Shown piece by piece: positions 1-8,071 of a DNA stretch of 64,000 bases (positions are counted from its first letter, which is position 1; every line of letters begins with the position of its first letter). Both the position numbers and the translations under genes were made by a program. The stretch is from a virus, in the IMG/VR virus record IMGVR_UViG_3300045391_000992, positions 1 to 64,000 of that record; one strand, 5' to 3'. Below the pieces are notes generated by a model, which worked only from the letters and a program-made list of their open reading frames with translations, searched no databases and was not told the origin of the DNA.

Positions 1-258
1 CGAGTCGGAGCCGATGAAACGGTGCATGTAGACGTCATACCCGTAGTGCTCATAATCGTCCCACGTCGCAGGGAGAATACGGATCACGTTCTCCCCGTTC
101 TGCGGCCGCCACATATCGATCCCCGACTTGACCGGGGAATCGAAATTGCCGCCGCGTTGATCTGCGCGCTTCTTCACGTCCTCAGCCGAACGCTTGCGAT
201 ACTTGAAGCCTGAGCTTCCGCCCTTGGCCTTGTTCTTCTTGCCTACTCTGGCAATCAT
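1..258 (-). CDS. ssDNA-binding protein, T4 gp32-like (first 86 codons only; gene runs off the left edge)
   Basis: Minus-strand ATG at 256-258, in an ATGA overlap with the upstream small ORF. My translation MIARVGKKNKAKGG..GENVIRILPATWDDYEHYGYDVYMHRF resembles the gp32 core (..VIRFLP..H..). Lies among replication genes. Confidence 0.4.
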   Translation of the reverse strand, partial: MIARVGKKNKAKGGSSGFKYRKRSAEDVKKRADQRGGNFDSPVKSGIDMWRPQNGENVIRILPATWDDYEHYGYDVYMHRFIGSDS

Positions 259-407
259 GACAGCTGCTCTCCTCTTGTAATGTCAGCCATGGTTTCATGG
301 AAATGGCGACGACGCGCAGCGAAGAACGCTGCGATCAGCAATCGACCCGTTGCATAGATGACTAGCGCCGTCGCCAGTAACGCAATGATATAGTCACCCA
401 AACTCAT
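255..407 (-). CDS. small hydrophobic protein (50 aa)
   Basis: ATG at 405-407 directly follows the stop of 408-950. MSLGDYIIALLATALVIYATGRLLIAAFFAARRRHF.. gives one TM helix plus a basic anchor. Below the ORF-track size cutoff. Confidence 0.3.
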   Translation of the reverse strand: MSLGDYIIALLATALVIYATGRLLIAAFFAARRRHFHETMADITRGEQLS

Positions 408-950
408 TCAGTCCTCCTTTTCCCTGCGCTTGCGTTCGGCCTGCATGGCCTCACGACCGCTCGCGCCTTTCCGATCCCGGGCGTCGCGCGCTGCGCCCGA
501 GTTTGACGTGAAGTAACCACCCGTCCACAGGGTCGTCAGGTCCTGCAGCGCGTACCGGCGCTGATGGAACGAGTCCTTGAGTGCCGTGAGACGGGCCACA
601 TTCAATTCGTATGCCCGATGCTTGCGGAGCGCGGCCTTGTAAGACGCGTCCTGCTTGATCTCGTTCTTGATTGCGGTTTCCGTGGGCTTCTTGTCGTCGT
701 CCGCGTGGAGCTCGCGCACTTGGGTGTCGAGCTCGGCGCTGATGTCCGCAACGTCGTCCTTGGCCTGATCGCGAAGCGAGATCTCGAGGGCGAGACGTTC
801 GCCGATCTCCTGATAGATCTGCGGCTGTTCCAGCCACATGTCGTCCATGGCATGCTTGTCAATCTGGAGCTTGCCGCGGTATTCGTTGTAGAACGCATCG
901 ATCGACGGCGCGTCGTCATCGTCATCGAGTTTGGCACGTTTCTTGACCAC
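408..950 (-). CDS. hypothetical protein, possibly a UvsY-like recombination mediator
   Basis: 180-aa ORF, helical and charged. The C-terminal segment SFHQRRYALQDLTTLW and the position beside the gp32-like gene recall UvsY. Functional call is weak. Confidence 0.45.
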   Translation of the reverse strand: MVKKRAKLDDDDDAPSIDAFYNEYRGKLQIDKHAMDDMWLEQPQIYQEIGERLALEISLRDQAKDDVADISAELDTQVRELHADDDKKPTETAIKNEIKQDASYKAALRKHRAYELNVARLTALKDSFHQRRYALQDLTTLWTGGYFTSNSGAARDARDRKGASGREAMQAERKRREKED

Positions 951-985
951 CTTGACCTCCTTTTATGGTGTACCCTTATACATAC

Positions 986-1921
986 TCACCCGGCGAACAT
1001 CGTTCGCCCGATCGAAAGCAGAAAGGGCGCTGCTCCCTCGCTTTGATTGTACGGCGTGCTCCACGCCTCGAGTATCTCGAGTGCGCGCGTGGCCGCGTCG
1101 TCGTTCTTGGCTCCTTTCAACACTGAGCCCATGTAGTTGCAAACGATGATGCGGCGACCCTCATAGTTGCGGTCGTCCTCGGGGAACTTGTCAACGATCG
1201 CCATTGCCTTGACCCACGAACCAGGCTTGAGAAGGAACTGGCAGAGCTCACGGATCGGGTCGCTCTCGAGCACAGCTTGCAACGCCTTCGCAGCTTCCTT
1301 GCGATTGGTGCAGTGCTCAGCCGCCGCGAGGTTGACGAGCACCTGACGTGCGGAGCCATAGGCTTCATTGATGATGACGGACTTGACTCCATCATCGAGT
1401 TCGATCTGCTCCTTCTCGCACACCCGATTGATGATGCGCTCGAGCTCGCGGTCGGACAAGCTCTTGAGATCGACGCGCACACAACGCGTCATGATCGTCT
1501 TCGGCACCTTGGCTGGGTTCGTCGTGCAGAAAAACCAATAGGCCTTCTCGCCCGGTTCCTCGATTGTTTTGAGCAGGGTGTCCCACGCCTTCTGGCTGAG
1601 GCCGTGGCACTCGTCAATGATGATGGCGCGCTTGTCCCCGCCGCCGATCGGTCGAAAGGACATGACCTCTTGCAGTTTGCGCGTTTCGTCGGCGCCGGAG
1701 TTCGTCGCAGCGTCAACATCCACGACGTCTGCAGGGTCACAGCCAACGTGTTTTGCGACGATGCGCGCCAGCGTCGTCTTGCCGCAGCCGGACGGGCCCA
1801 CGAATATAAACGTGTGCGACGTGCCCTTGTCGAGCACGCTCTGTAACTTCTTCAGTTGCTCGTCCTGACCCCTGACGGTCTTGAACGACTTCGGTCGATA
1901 CGTCTCATGATAGGCTGGCAT
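986..1921 (-). CDS. AAA+ clamp-loader ATPase (DNA pol III gamma/tau-like)
   Basis: Start moved to ATG 1919-1921 (MPAYHETYRPKSF). Walker A GPSGCGKTT, Walker B IIIDECH, sensor-1 FFCTTN, and a TRC (SRC-like) motif. Confidence 0.8.
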   Translation of the reverse strand: MPAYHETYRPKSFKTVRGQDEQLKKLQSVLDKGTSHTFIFVGPSGCGKTTLARIVAKHVGCDPADVVDVDAATNSGADETRKLQEVMSFRPIGGGDKRAIIIDECHGLSQKAWDTLLKTIEEPGEKAYWFFCTTNPAKVPKTIMTRCVRVDLKSLSDRELERIINRVCEKEQIELDDGVKSVIINEAYGSARQVLVNLAAAEHCTNRKEAAKALQAVLESDPIRELCQFLLKPGSWVKAMAIVDKFPEDDRNYEGRRIIVCNYMGSVLKGAKNDDAATRALEILEAWSTPYNQSEGAAPFLLSIGRTMFAG

Positions 1922-1928
1922 GATGTCC

Positions 1929-2225
1929 TCAGTTGTTGGCGCGGAGTTGTTTGTACTTGCGTTCGCATGCCTTCTCGGCTTCGGCTTGCGTGTCGTATTG
2001 GCGGTGCTTTTCGCCGGGTCTGGGATTCTCGCAGGGCGTTGACGAGACGGATTTGCCAGACGGGTGTCGCGGTTGATACGTCGCGGCCCATGTACCGTGC
2101 AGCGTATCGTATGACACGACGAAGTTCCAATCGCCCGCCGCACAAGCATACATGCGCATAGGCGGCGTACCCGGTAACATTTGCGCGAATAGCCGCTCGC
2201 CCGCTTCGTGTCGCCTGAACCTCAT
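1929..2225 (-). CDS. hypothetical protein (98 aa)
   Basis: ATG at 2223-2225 forms an ATGA overlap with the polymerase stop. The ORF-track start at 2240 is less likely. Confidence 0.5.
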   Translation of the reverse strand: MRFRRHEAGERLFAQMLPGTPPMRMYACAAGDWNFVVSYDTLHGTWAATYQPRHPSGKSVSSTPCENPRPGEKHRQYDTQAEAEKACERKYKQLRANN

Positions 2226-4816
2226 TTGTGCTCCCTCCAATCGTCAGTGCCCACACTCTCGAACTCGCCAGCCTTCTCACAGCTGGCCCAGTCATCGCCG
2301 ATCGCGCGCTCCACGACCAACGGTACGTTGATCCAATCGAAGCGATGCTTGAGCATCTCCGTGATGACGATCTCCGAGTTTTTCTCGACGTCCTCCGCCT
2401 TCCACAGGAATGTGAGATCGTCGTGGATCTCCATCATCGGAACGATGCCACGCTTGACGAGCGCGATATGCGCAGACAGCACGATGATTGACTCGTCGCT
2501 TTGTATCGGGCTGTTAATCAGCTGGTTATACGAAATTGGCGCTCGTCGCTTGAAGCCCGAGTGCCCGGTCACATAGCCATGCTTGTCGTAAAATGCCTTG
2601 AGGCCGATCTGCCATTTGTGAATGCCCGGGAACTGTTCGAACAAATCGTCCTGCAACTCCTGCACCACCTCGACCGGCATGGCCTTGCGCACACCGGGGA
2701 TCGCATTGACCGAGACCGTGATGCTCTTGGCTTTCGCACCGAAGAACGATGGGAACACGAACCCGTTCTTGATTGACGAGCGAACGTCCTTGAACACCTT
2801 GGGGTCATTGAACTCGGCCGGGGCCCACTTCGGCATGCGCTCCTTGAAATTATTCGACCACTCGGTGTGAATATCGTACCAGTCGAAGAACGCCTGCATG
2901 AACGCGCGGTCCTCGGACTCCATCGCGATATTGCGCGCCTGGATGCCAGCGTAATCGAACTTGACGATCTTCCGCGCCTTCTTCTTGATGATACGCCGAA
3001 TGATGTAGTTCGGACCACGCACCGGCCAATTCTGAATGTTCGGGTCCTCGGACGACGTGCGCCACGTTTCGACCTTGTATGTCGAAATGATCGGATGGAT
3101 CATCGCGTCGTCCATCAGCTGGCAGTTCTCCGTGCCCGGCGTGACGGGATCACAGTACGTGCTCAGGAGCTTGGTCGGCTTGCGCCACTTGATCAACGCC
3201 TTGCCAAATGGGTGATCGATACGCTTGAGCTGTTTCTCGTCACCCCCGACCTTGCCGTGCCCGATCATGATCAGCATTTTCTTTACGTCATGATTTGACC
3301 CGGGATTGAACTCCTTGCCGTGGGTCTTCTCGTACTTGGCCCAACACTTCAGCGCCTTGAGTTTAGCGAGCGCGTCGGCCTGTGCCTTCTCATAAGGCGT
3401 CCGCAGCTTGCGGATCTCGTTCTGATCGATCGGGATGCCGTGCATTTGCGTTCGAACGAGCGCAGGTATGCGCGCGATCTGATGGGCATAAACATCTTCG
3501 AGGCCCTGCTCAATGATCAGGGGCGCCTGACGAATGAACAACTTGCGATGGAACTTGGAGTCCATGCCATTGTACGGCAGTATCCGCTTCAACGGCTCGT
3601 CCGCCATGCGTTTGCGATCGACGTTCGAAAGCGACTTGAGGTTGATGCCGTAGTGTTGCTGCGTGAGAACCTCGAGTGCGAGCATGCCCTGTTTCTCGTT
3701 GATGATGTACGCCTGCGAGATCGAGTCGCCCCACTTGCTGTCCATCACCTCGACCCCGAACTCGACCGCAGACCACTCGAGCTCGAATGCAAGCTGGTGC
3801 GCGATCTTCACGGGGCCTTTGTGGCACAGATACTCGGTCCACATGTCGTCCAACATGTCGCGATGCTTCGGACTCCACAACGCTTCCTTATGATCGAACG
3901 GGAACGCGAGCGTGCCGCCCTTGTGCGTCACTGACGCAGTCAGGATTTTCGAGTCGTCGTTGTACGGGCGCAGCACTGACGTCTCGTAGTCAACGCCGTT
4001 GATCTTGTCGTTAACGGCGTCCTCGAGATGTCGCTCAATGCGTCGCAGGTCGGCCTTGCCGTCGCCGAATACCCACTCGACTCCTGCCATCGCGTGCTTC
4101 TCTGTGAGCACGGTCGGGGCCTTGTCGTTCTTGTTGAGCTCGCGGAAGATCGCGCGAAAATGACGCGACCACGTCACTTCGCTATCGGGATTGTGCCCGT
4201 CCCAACGTCGGTCTTTCATCACGTCATAGGGGTGTGTCATCGGGTACACCCAGAACGTGTGCTCGTCCTCACCGTCCGTGATCGTCGCGGGGAAGCGACG
4301 ACCCTGCCACAGATAGACGTGCGTTTCGTTTGCGATCCATCGCAGGGCGACCGCGCCGATCACGATGATTGCTGACGGCTTGACGCGGAGAATGTCAGCG
4401 CGCACTTGTGGCCGGCAACACTCGATCTCGATATACTCAGGAGTGCGCACGTGTTGATAAACGCGATCGTCTTGTGACCTGACGTACTCGCCCATACCCG
4501 GGTAAGTTTTTATCACGTTGCCATAACGGACCATGTCGCGCCACGGGCCCGGGACACGAGTGCGAACGTATCGCCCCGCGTCGTCGCTGAACGGCTTGCC
4601 TTGCTTGTCATCGACCTTGCTGGGGGCCGTGCCCAGAATGTAAACCTCGGCCTCTTTCGCGCCGTTCGGTTTCATCTTGGGAGTATGACAACCCGCGTTA
4701 TTCAGCGGGCACATGTTGCACCCCTGCTCGTGCAGTGTCGATAGCTGCACGCCGCGCGGGGCGCCCTTCACCCGAGCACTAGGCTCGGGCTTGTCGTCCA
4801 TGCCGAAGAAGCCCAT
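2222..4816 (-). CDS. family-A DNA polymerase with 3'-5' exonuclease domain and N-terminal family-4 UDG-like domain
   Basis: N-terminus CNMCPL..VYILGTAPS..GKPFSDDAG..HPYDV (UDG family 4 pattern). Exo I GVDYET. Pol motif A DYAGIQARN, motif B RSSIKNGFVFPSFFG, motif C EIHDDL. Confidence 0.9.
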   Translation of the reverse strand: MGFFGMDDKPEPSARVKGAPRGVQLSTLHEQGCNMCPLNNAGCHTPKMKPNGAKEAEVYILGTAPSKVDDKQGKPFSDDAGRYVRTRVPGPWRDMVRYGNVIKTYPGMGEYVRSQDDRVYQHVRTPEYIEIECCRPQVRADILRVKPSAIIVIGAVALRWIANETHVYLWQGRRFPATITDGEDEHTFWVYPMTHPYDVMKDRRWDGHNPDSEVTWSRHFRAIFRELNKNDKAPTVLTEKHAMAGVEWVFGDGKADLRRIERHLEDAVNDKINGVDYETSVLRPYNDDSKILTASVTHKGGTLAFPFDHKEALWSPKHRDMLDDMWTEYLCHKGPVKIAHQLAFELEWSAVEFGVEVMDSKWGDSISQAYIINEKQGMLALEVLTQQHYGINLKSLSNVDRKRMADEPLKRILPYNGMDSKFHRKLFIRQAPLIIEQGLEDVYAHQIARIPALVRTQMHGIPIDQNEIRKLRTPYEKAQADALAKLKALKCWAKYEKTHGKEFNPGSNHDVKKMLIMIGHGKVGGDEKQLKRIDHPFGKALIKWRKPTKLLSTYCDPVTPGTENCQLMDDAMIHPIISTYKVETWRTSSEDPNIQNWPVRGPNYIIRRIIKKKARKIVKFDYAGIQARNIAMESEDRAFMQAFFDWYDIHTEWSNNFKERMPKWAPAEFNDPKVFKDVRSSIKNGFVFPSFFGAKAKSITVSVNAIPGVRKAMPVEVVQELQDDLFEQFPGIHKWQIGLKAFYDKHGYVTGHSGFKRRAPISYNQLINSPIQSDESIIVLSAHIALVKRGIVPMMEIHDDLTFLWKAEDVEKNSEIVITEMLKHRFDWINVPLVVERAIGDDWASCEKAGEFESVGTDDWREHK

Positions 4817-5071
4817 TCAGTCTGCCTCTTTGATTGTTTGATGCAAACGCGCGATCAAGGTTTCACGAGTCTTGAATGGCGGGAACGCCATAGCAGCCAG
4901 CCGAACAACCTCGACCAAAGCGTCGCTGCCCTCGACATAGTGATGTCCCTTGCATGGACCATCTTGTTCAAGTGCATTAGGGCACGTGAACACCGGTGCT
5001 ATGACCGCGCGAAGCGCATGACATACAGCCTCAGCAACCGCCCGATTCTTATAGTACAATCGCATTATCAA
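4817..5071 (-). CDS. hypothetical protein (84 aa)
   Basis: ORF fills the gap exactly between the clamp stop and the polymerase start. Its stop abuts the polymerase ATG. Confidence 0.5.
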   Translation of the reverse strand: MIMRLYYKNRAVAEAVCHALRAVIAPVFTCPNALEQDGPCKGHHYVEGSDALVEVVRLAAMAFPPFKTRETLIARLHQTIKEAD

Positions 5072-6135
5072 TCCCCAGATACGAAGAAGGAAATCGATTG
5101 ATCGGGGTTCGAGAGGATCGCCGCCTTGTCGGTGAATGACAACGAACCGAGTTCGAGGCCCTGCAACAATCGAGCCGGCGGCACACGGATCTCAACGTCG
5201 TGATGCTTCTGCCCTGACGGCGGAGCGATCACGTCTTCGACCACGCCGCGCGACGATTTGGAGTAGAAGCGGATCTTGTTGTCGGCAATAGTCACCTTGA
5301 GCTTGGTGCTCTCGACCGCGTCGGCCGAAATGATCACGCTGCGCTCGAGCATCATCGGGAACTTCTTCGCGAACTGCTTGTCGCTCGCGTCGATCGTTGA
5401 CTTCGCCTCCTTCTTGATATCGCGAGCTTGATCGACGAAGTCGCGGTTCTTGCGATCCTGATCCTCGAGCGCGCCCCAAAGCACGACACCGTTGCACTTC
5501 GCGAGCAGTATCTTCTCGTCAATCGCGAGTTCGATTTCCGTCGCCCCCTCACTGATGCGGATCAGCTGATCGACCACGGCGGTCGGCACCACGACACGAT
5601 CCCAGCCGATCTCACGACTGAGCTTGACCTGGCAATGCGTCAACGTCAGTCGGTCATAACTGAACATGTGCAGCGTCTTGCCATCAGGTATCATGGTGAT
5701 GCCCTTGAAGGCCGACTCCGATGTCTCCGAACCGAGCGATCGTTTACACGCCTTGAGCGCGATCAGGAACTTCGGCACGTCAACAATGCCGATGCCCTCG
5801 GTCGGAAACTTGGGCATCGTGAAATTGAATTTGTCCGCGGCCATCGTCAGGAGCTTGAACTTCGAGGCCCCGGCCTTGACCGTGACGCCCTTGTCGGTCT
5901 CCTCGAATACACACTCAGGGGCCGCCGACGATGCGAGCAAGGGGAACAGCGTCGCCTGCACCGCGCCGACGAAGTCACATGGGAATGGCACGGCAAGTGC
6001 CAGCCCGCCGTTGAACGCCATCACGCGTTTGCCCGTGAACCAGAACGTCTTCATAACCTCATTGCTGTTCGTCACCGAACGCGCGGGGTCGACGTTCCGC
6101 AGGGCTTCAATCAAGATCTTCCTGTCCATATGCAT
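5068..6135 (-). CDS. sliding clamp (DnaN/beta-clamp-like)
   Basis: Start moved to ATG 6133-6135 (MHMDRKILIEAL) with AAAGGA 4 nt upstream. About 355 aa with a repeated beta-rich pattern. Sits between polymerase and clamp-loader genes. Call rests on position and pattern. Confidence 0.5.
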   Translation of the reverse strand: MHMDRKILIEALRNVDPARSVTNSNEVMKTFWFTGKRVMAFNGGLALAVPFPCDFVGAVQATLFPLLASSAAPECVFEETDKGVTVKAGASKFKLLTMAADKFNFTMPKFPTEGIGIVDVPKFLIALKACKRSLGSETSESAFKGITMIPDGKTLHMFSYDRLTLTHCQVKLSREIGWDRVVVPTAVVDQLIRISEGATEIELAIDEKILLAKCNGVVLWGALEDQDRKNRDFVDQARDIKKEAKSTIDASDKQFAKKFPMMLERSVIISADAVESTKLKVTIADNKIRFYSKSSRGVVEDVIAPPSGQKHHDVEIRVPPARLLQGLELGSLSFTDKAAILSNPDQSISFFVSGD

Positions 6136-7321
6136 TGATCCTTTCGAGTTGTTGCATGGCGCGTTTAGAAATGAAGGTGTCGTTGTCCCAGTCGACGCGG
6201 GCCGACCGTGGCTTGTAGTTGAGGTCAACGGCCCCCTGCCTCACGAATTTCTCGAGGTCGGCTTCGTCGCGATCGATGACTTCCCAGTAGGAGATCAGTC
6301 GGTTCCACGATTGGGCGTCGTTGAGTATCATGGAGAACTGGCCATTATGCATCATGGTGGCCATGATCACTCGCATATGCGGCCAGAGCTTCGGCGGCTT
6401 GAGGTTCGACATGTCCGGCAGGGGATCGAGTAGACCATTGCTCGTGTGTCGATAGTCCTCGCTGAACGGCAGTATCTTGTAGTGATCGCCGAACTCCACG
6501 AAGTATTTAAGGCAGGCTTTGCGACGTGCGGCGCTCTTGTAGCGGGCTTCCTCTTGCGTGATACCCACATGCTTAAGCCATCGCTGCACCCACGCCAGAT
6601 CCTCGGGGTTCAGGCCTTCGTACTGACGACGCGCCGATGACCAAGCCTTCTGCGTGCGGCCCGACGTGATGATCCGCATTGGCAGTTTGGAGTAGTCGGG
6701 CACGTGGTCGTGATCGATGCCGGGGACATAAATCAGACCGAACCCTGCGGCGAGCGACCATGTCGTGGAGTCGACAGTGAACCACGGGTATCGCCACAGC
6801 AAGCTGATATTCGTGATGCCAAAGCCGTGGGTCTTGACGAAGGGTCGGCCCTTACTGTCCGTGATCACAGAGAACGCGCGATCGAGCCACTCACGCTGTT
6901 CAATCGCAGTCGTGTCCTTGATCGTCGCGATCCCGACATAGGGTTCGCCGTCGCGGACATATCGCTCGAGCCAATCGAATGACTCGCCCTGATGGAAGAT
7001 CGGGATCGGTGTACAGCCTAGCGACTTGAGCGTCTGCTGATTGTCGTATGACTTCTTCGCTGACTGCTCGACCTGCTTCTGGGTTCGTTTCGAGCCGAAC
7101 ACACCCGGGATCTCGTCCATCGTCGCGTAACACTCGAGCAGGTGCTCGTGGCGTTTGATGAACTTCGCGTAGCCCTTGACGTTGAGCACGCGCTTGACCT
7201 TGTCGCGTATCGCAGGGTCGAGGTCGGGCACGTCCTTGCGCGACCACGCGCTAAACACACCGGAGTCAAGGAACAGATTGACCTTGTTCTTCGGCGGCTC
7301 CATTCGTTCGCGCTTGCTCAT
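6107..7321 (-). CDS. dpdA: DpdA-like guanine transglycosylase (TGT superfamily) for inserting 7-deazaguanine into DNA
   Basis: Start at ATG 7319-7321, in an ATGA overlap with the folE stop. FLDSGVFSAW matches the TGT DSGGFQ-type motif, and a second Asp motif is FTVDSTTW. Adjacent to folE. Confidence 0.6.
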   Translation of the reverse strand: MSKRERMEPPKNKVNLFLDSGVFSAWSRKDVPDLDPAIRDKVKRVLNVKGYAKFIKRHEHLLECYATMDEIPGVFGSKRTQKQVEQSAKKSYDNQQTLKSLGCTPIPIFHQGESFDWLERYVRDGEPYVGIATIKDTTAIEQREWLDRAFSVITDSKGRPFVKTHGFGITNISLLWRYPWFTVDSTTWSLAAGFGLIYVPGIDHDHVPDYSKLPMRIITSGRTQKAWSSARRQYEGLNPEDLAWVQRWLKHVGITQEEARYKSAARRKACLKYFVEFGDHYKILPFSEDYRHTSNGLLDPLPDMSNLKPPKLWPHMRVIMATMMHNGQFSMILNDAQSWNRLISYWEVIDRDEADLEKFVRQGAVDLNYKPRSARVDWDNDTFISKRAMQQLERINAYGQEDLD

Positions 7322-7899
7322 CCGATACCCACCCCCTTGGCTTGATCGATCATTTTGTAGAACTCCGCGCGGGCGTCGCTCTCGGTCTTGAGCTTGCCCC
7401 GCAGTGCCGCGGTCGTCGTCACAGTGCCCGGGCGATTGATGCCGCGGGACTCCATGCACATATGCCGGGCCTGCAACACGACGCCGACACCGCGCGGCTT
7501 TAGCACCTTGTCGATCGTGTCGGCGACTTGCGTCGTGATGCGCTCTTGCACGCTGAGCCGTCGCGCGAATGCATCGACCAGTCTCGGCAATTTCGAGAGA
7601 CCGACGATCTTGCCGCTAGGGATGTAGCCGACATGAGCCACGCCGAAGAACGGAGCGAGGTGGTGCTCGCACGTCGAGTAAAACGGGATCGCGCCGACGA
7701 AGACCATCTCGTCATAGGAGTCAGCACCGTCCTTGAATGTTTTGAGGAGTGCCGCGGTATCAACGCTGTACCCCGCCGTCCATTCTTGAAGGGCTGCGCA
7801 GTAACGCTTGGGCGTGTCGTGCAAGCCCTCGCGATTGGGGTCTGGCTCGACCTGCTCGATCAGGGAGCGAACAGCGTCAATCGGGTGCATTTTGGGCAT
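7318..7899 (-). CDS. folE: GTP cyclohydrolase I
   Basis: REGLHDTPKR, STCEHHLAPF, VQERIT and HMCMESRG motifs; 193 aa. Confidence 0.9.
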   Translation of the reverse strand: MPKMHPIDAVRSLIEQVEPDPNREGLHDTPKRYCAALQEWTAGYSVDTAALLKTFKDGADSYDEMVFVGAIPFYSTCEHHLAPFFGVAHVGYIPSGKIVGLSKLPRLVDAFARRLSVQERITTQVADTIDKVLKPRGVGVVLQARHMCMESRGINRPGTVTTTAALRGKLKTESDARAEFYKMIDQAKGVGIG

Positions 7900-7904
7900 G
7901 GCAT

Positions 7905-7943
7905 GCTTTCAATTAGGAGCGGTTACAGGGTGATTGCGGGGGC
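7905..7943 (-). promoter_or_regulatory. conserved 39-nt promoter-like motif, copy A (GCCCCCGCAATC-N16-TAATTGAAAGC)
   Basis: 31/39 identical to 48086-48124. Both copies follow a GC hairpin and lie just upstream of a gene start. Confidence 0.35.
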
Positions 7944-8013
7944 AGGCCCTCCCCTTGTCACGTCGCGATCGTCGCGCCGCGTTGCTGGGGCCTGTTAATG
8001 GGAAATGGGAACC

Positions 8014-8048
8014 AAGAAAAAGGGCCGGGGCTGTTGCCTCCCCGGCCC
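8014..8048 (-). terminator. rho-independent terminator
   Basis: Minus strand reads GGGCCGGGG-AGGCAACAG-CCCCGGCCC followed by TTTTTCTTGG, 24 nt after the stop of 8072-8962. Confidence 0.75.
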
Positions 8049-8071
8049 TCACCGTCATTGCACGCGATGAC

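Noticed and set aside
986-2149. N-terminal extensions in the ORF track. Affected ORFs: 986-2149, 5068-6228, 6107-7459, 15389-16132, 20467-22029, 28687-29292, 52040-52984, 53503-54309, 54865-56298 and 61778-63349.
   Set aside because: The extended parts translate to R/P/S/T-rich, non-protein-like sequence and overlap the upstream gene. Internal ATGs give ATGA/TGATG coupling or have SD sequences, and they coincide with the beginning of the recognisable domains.
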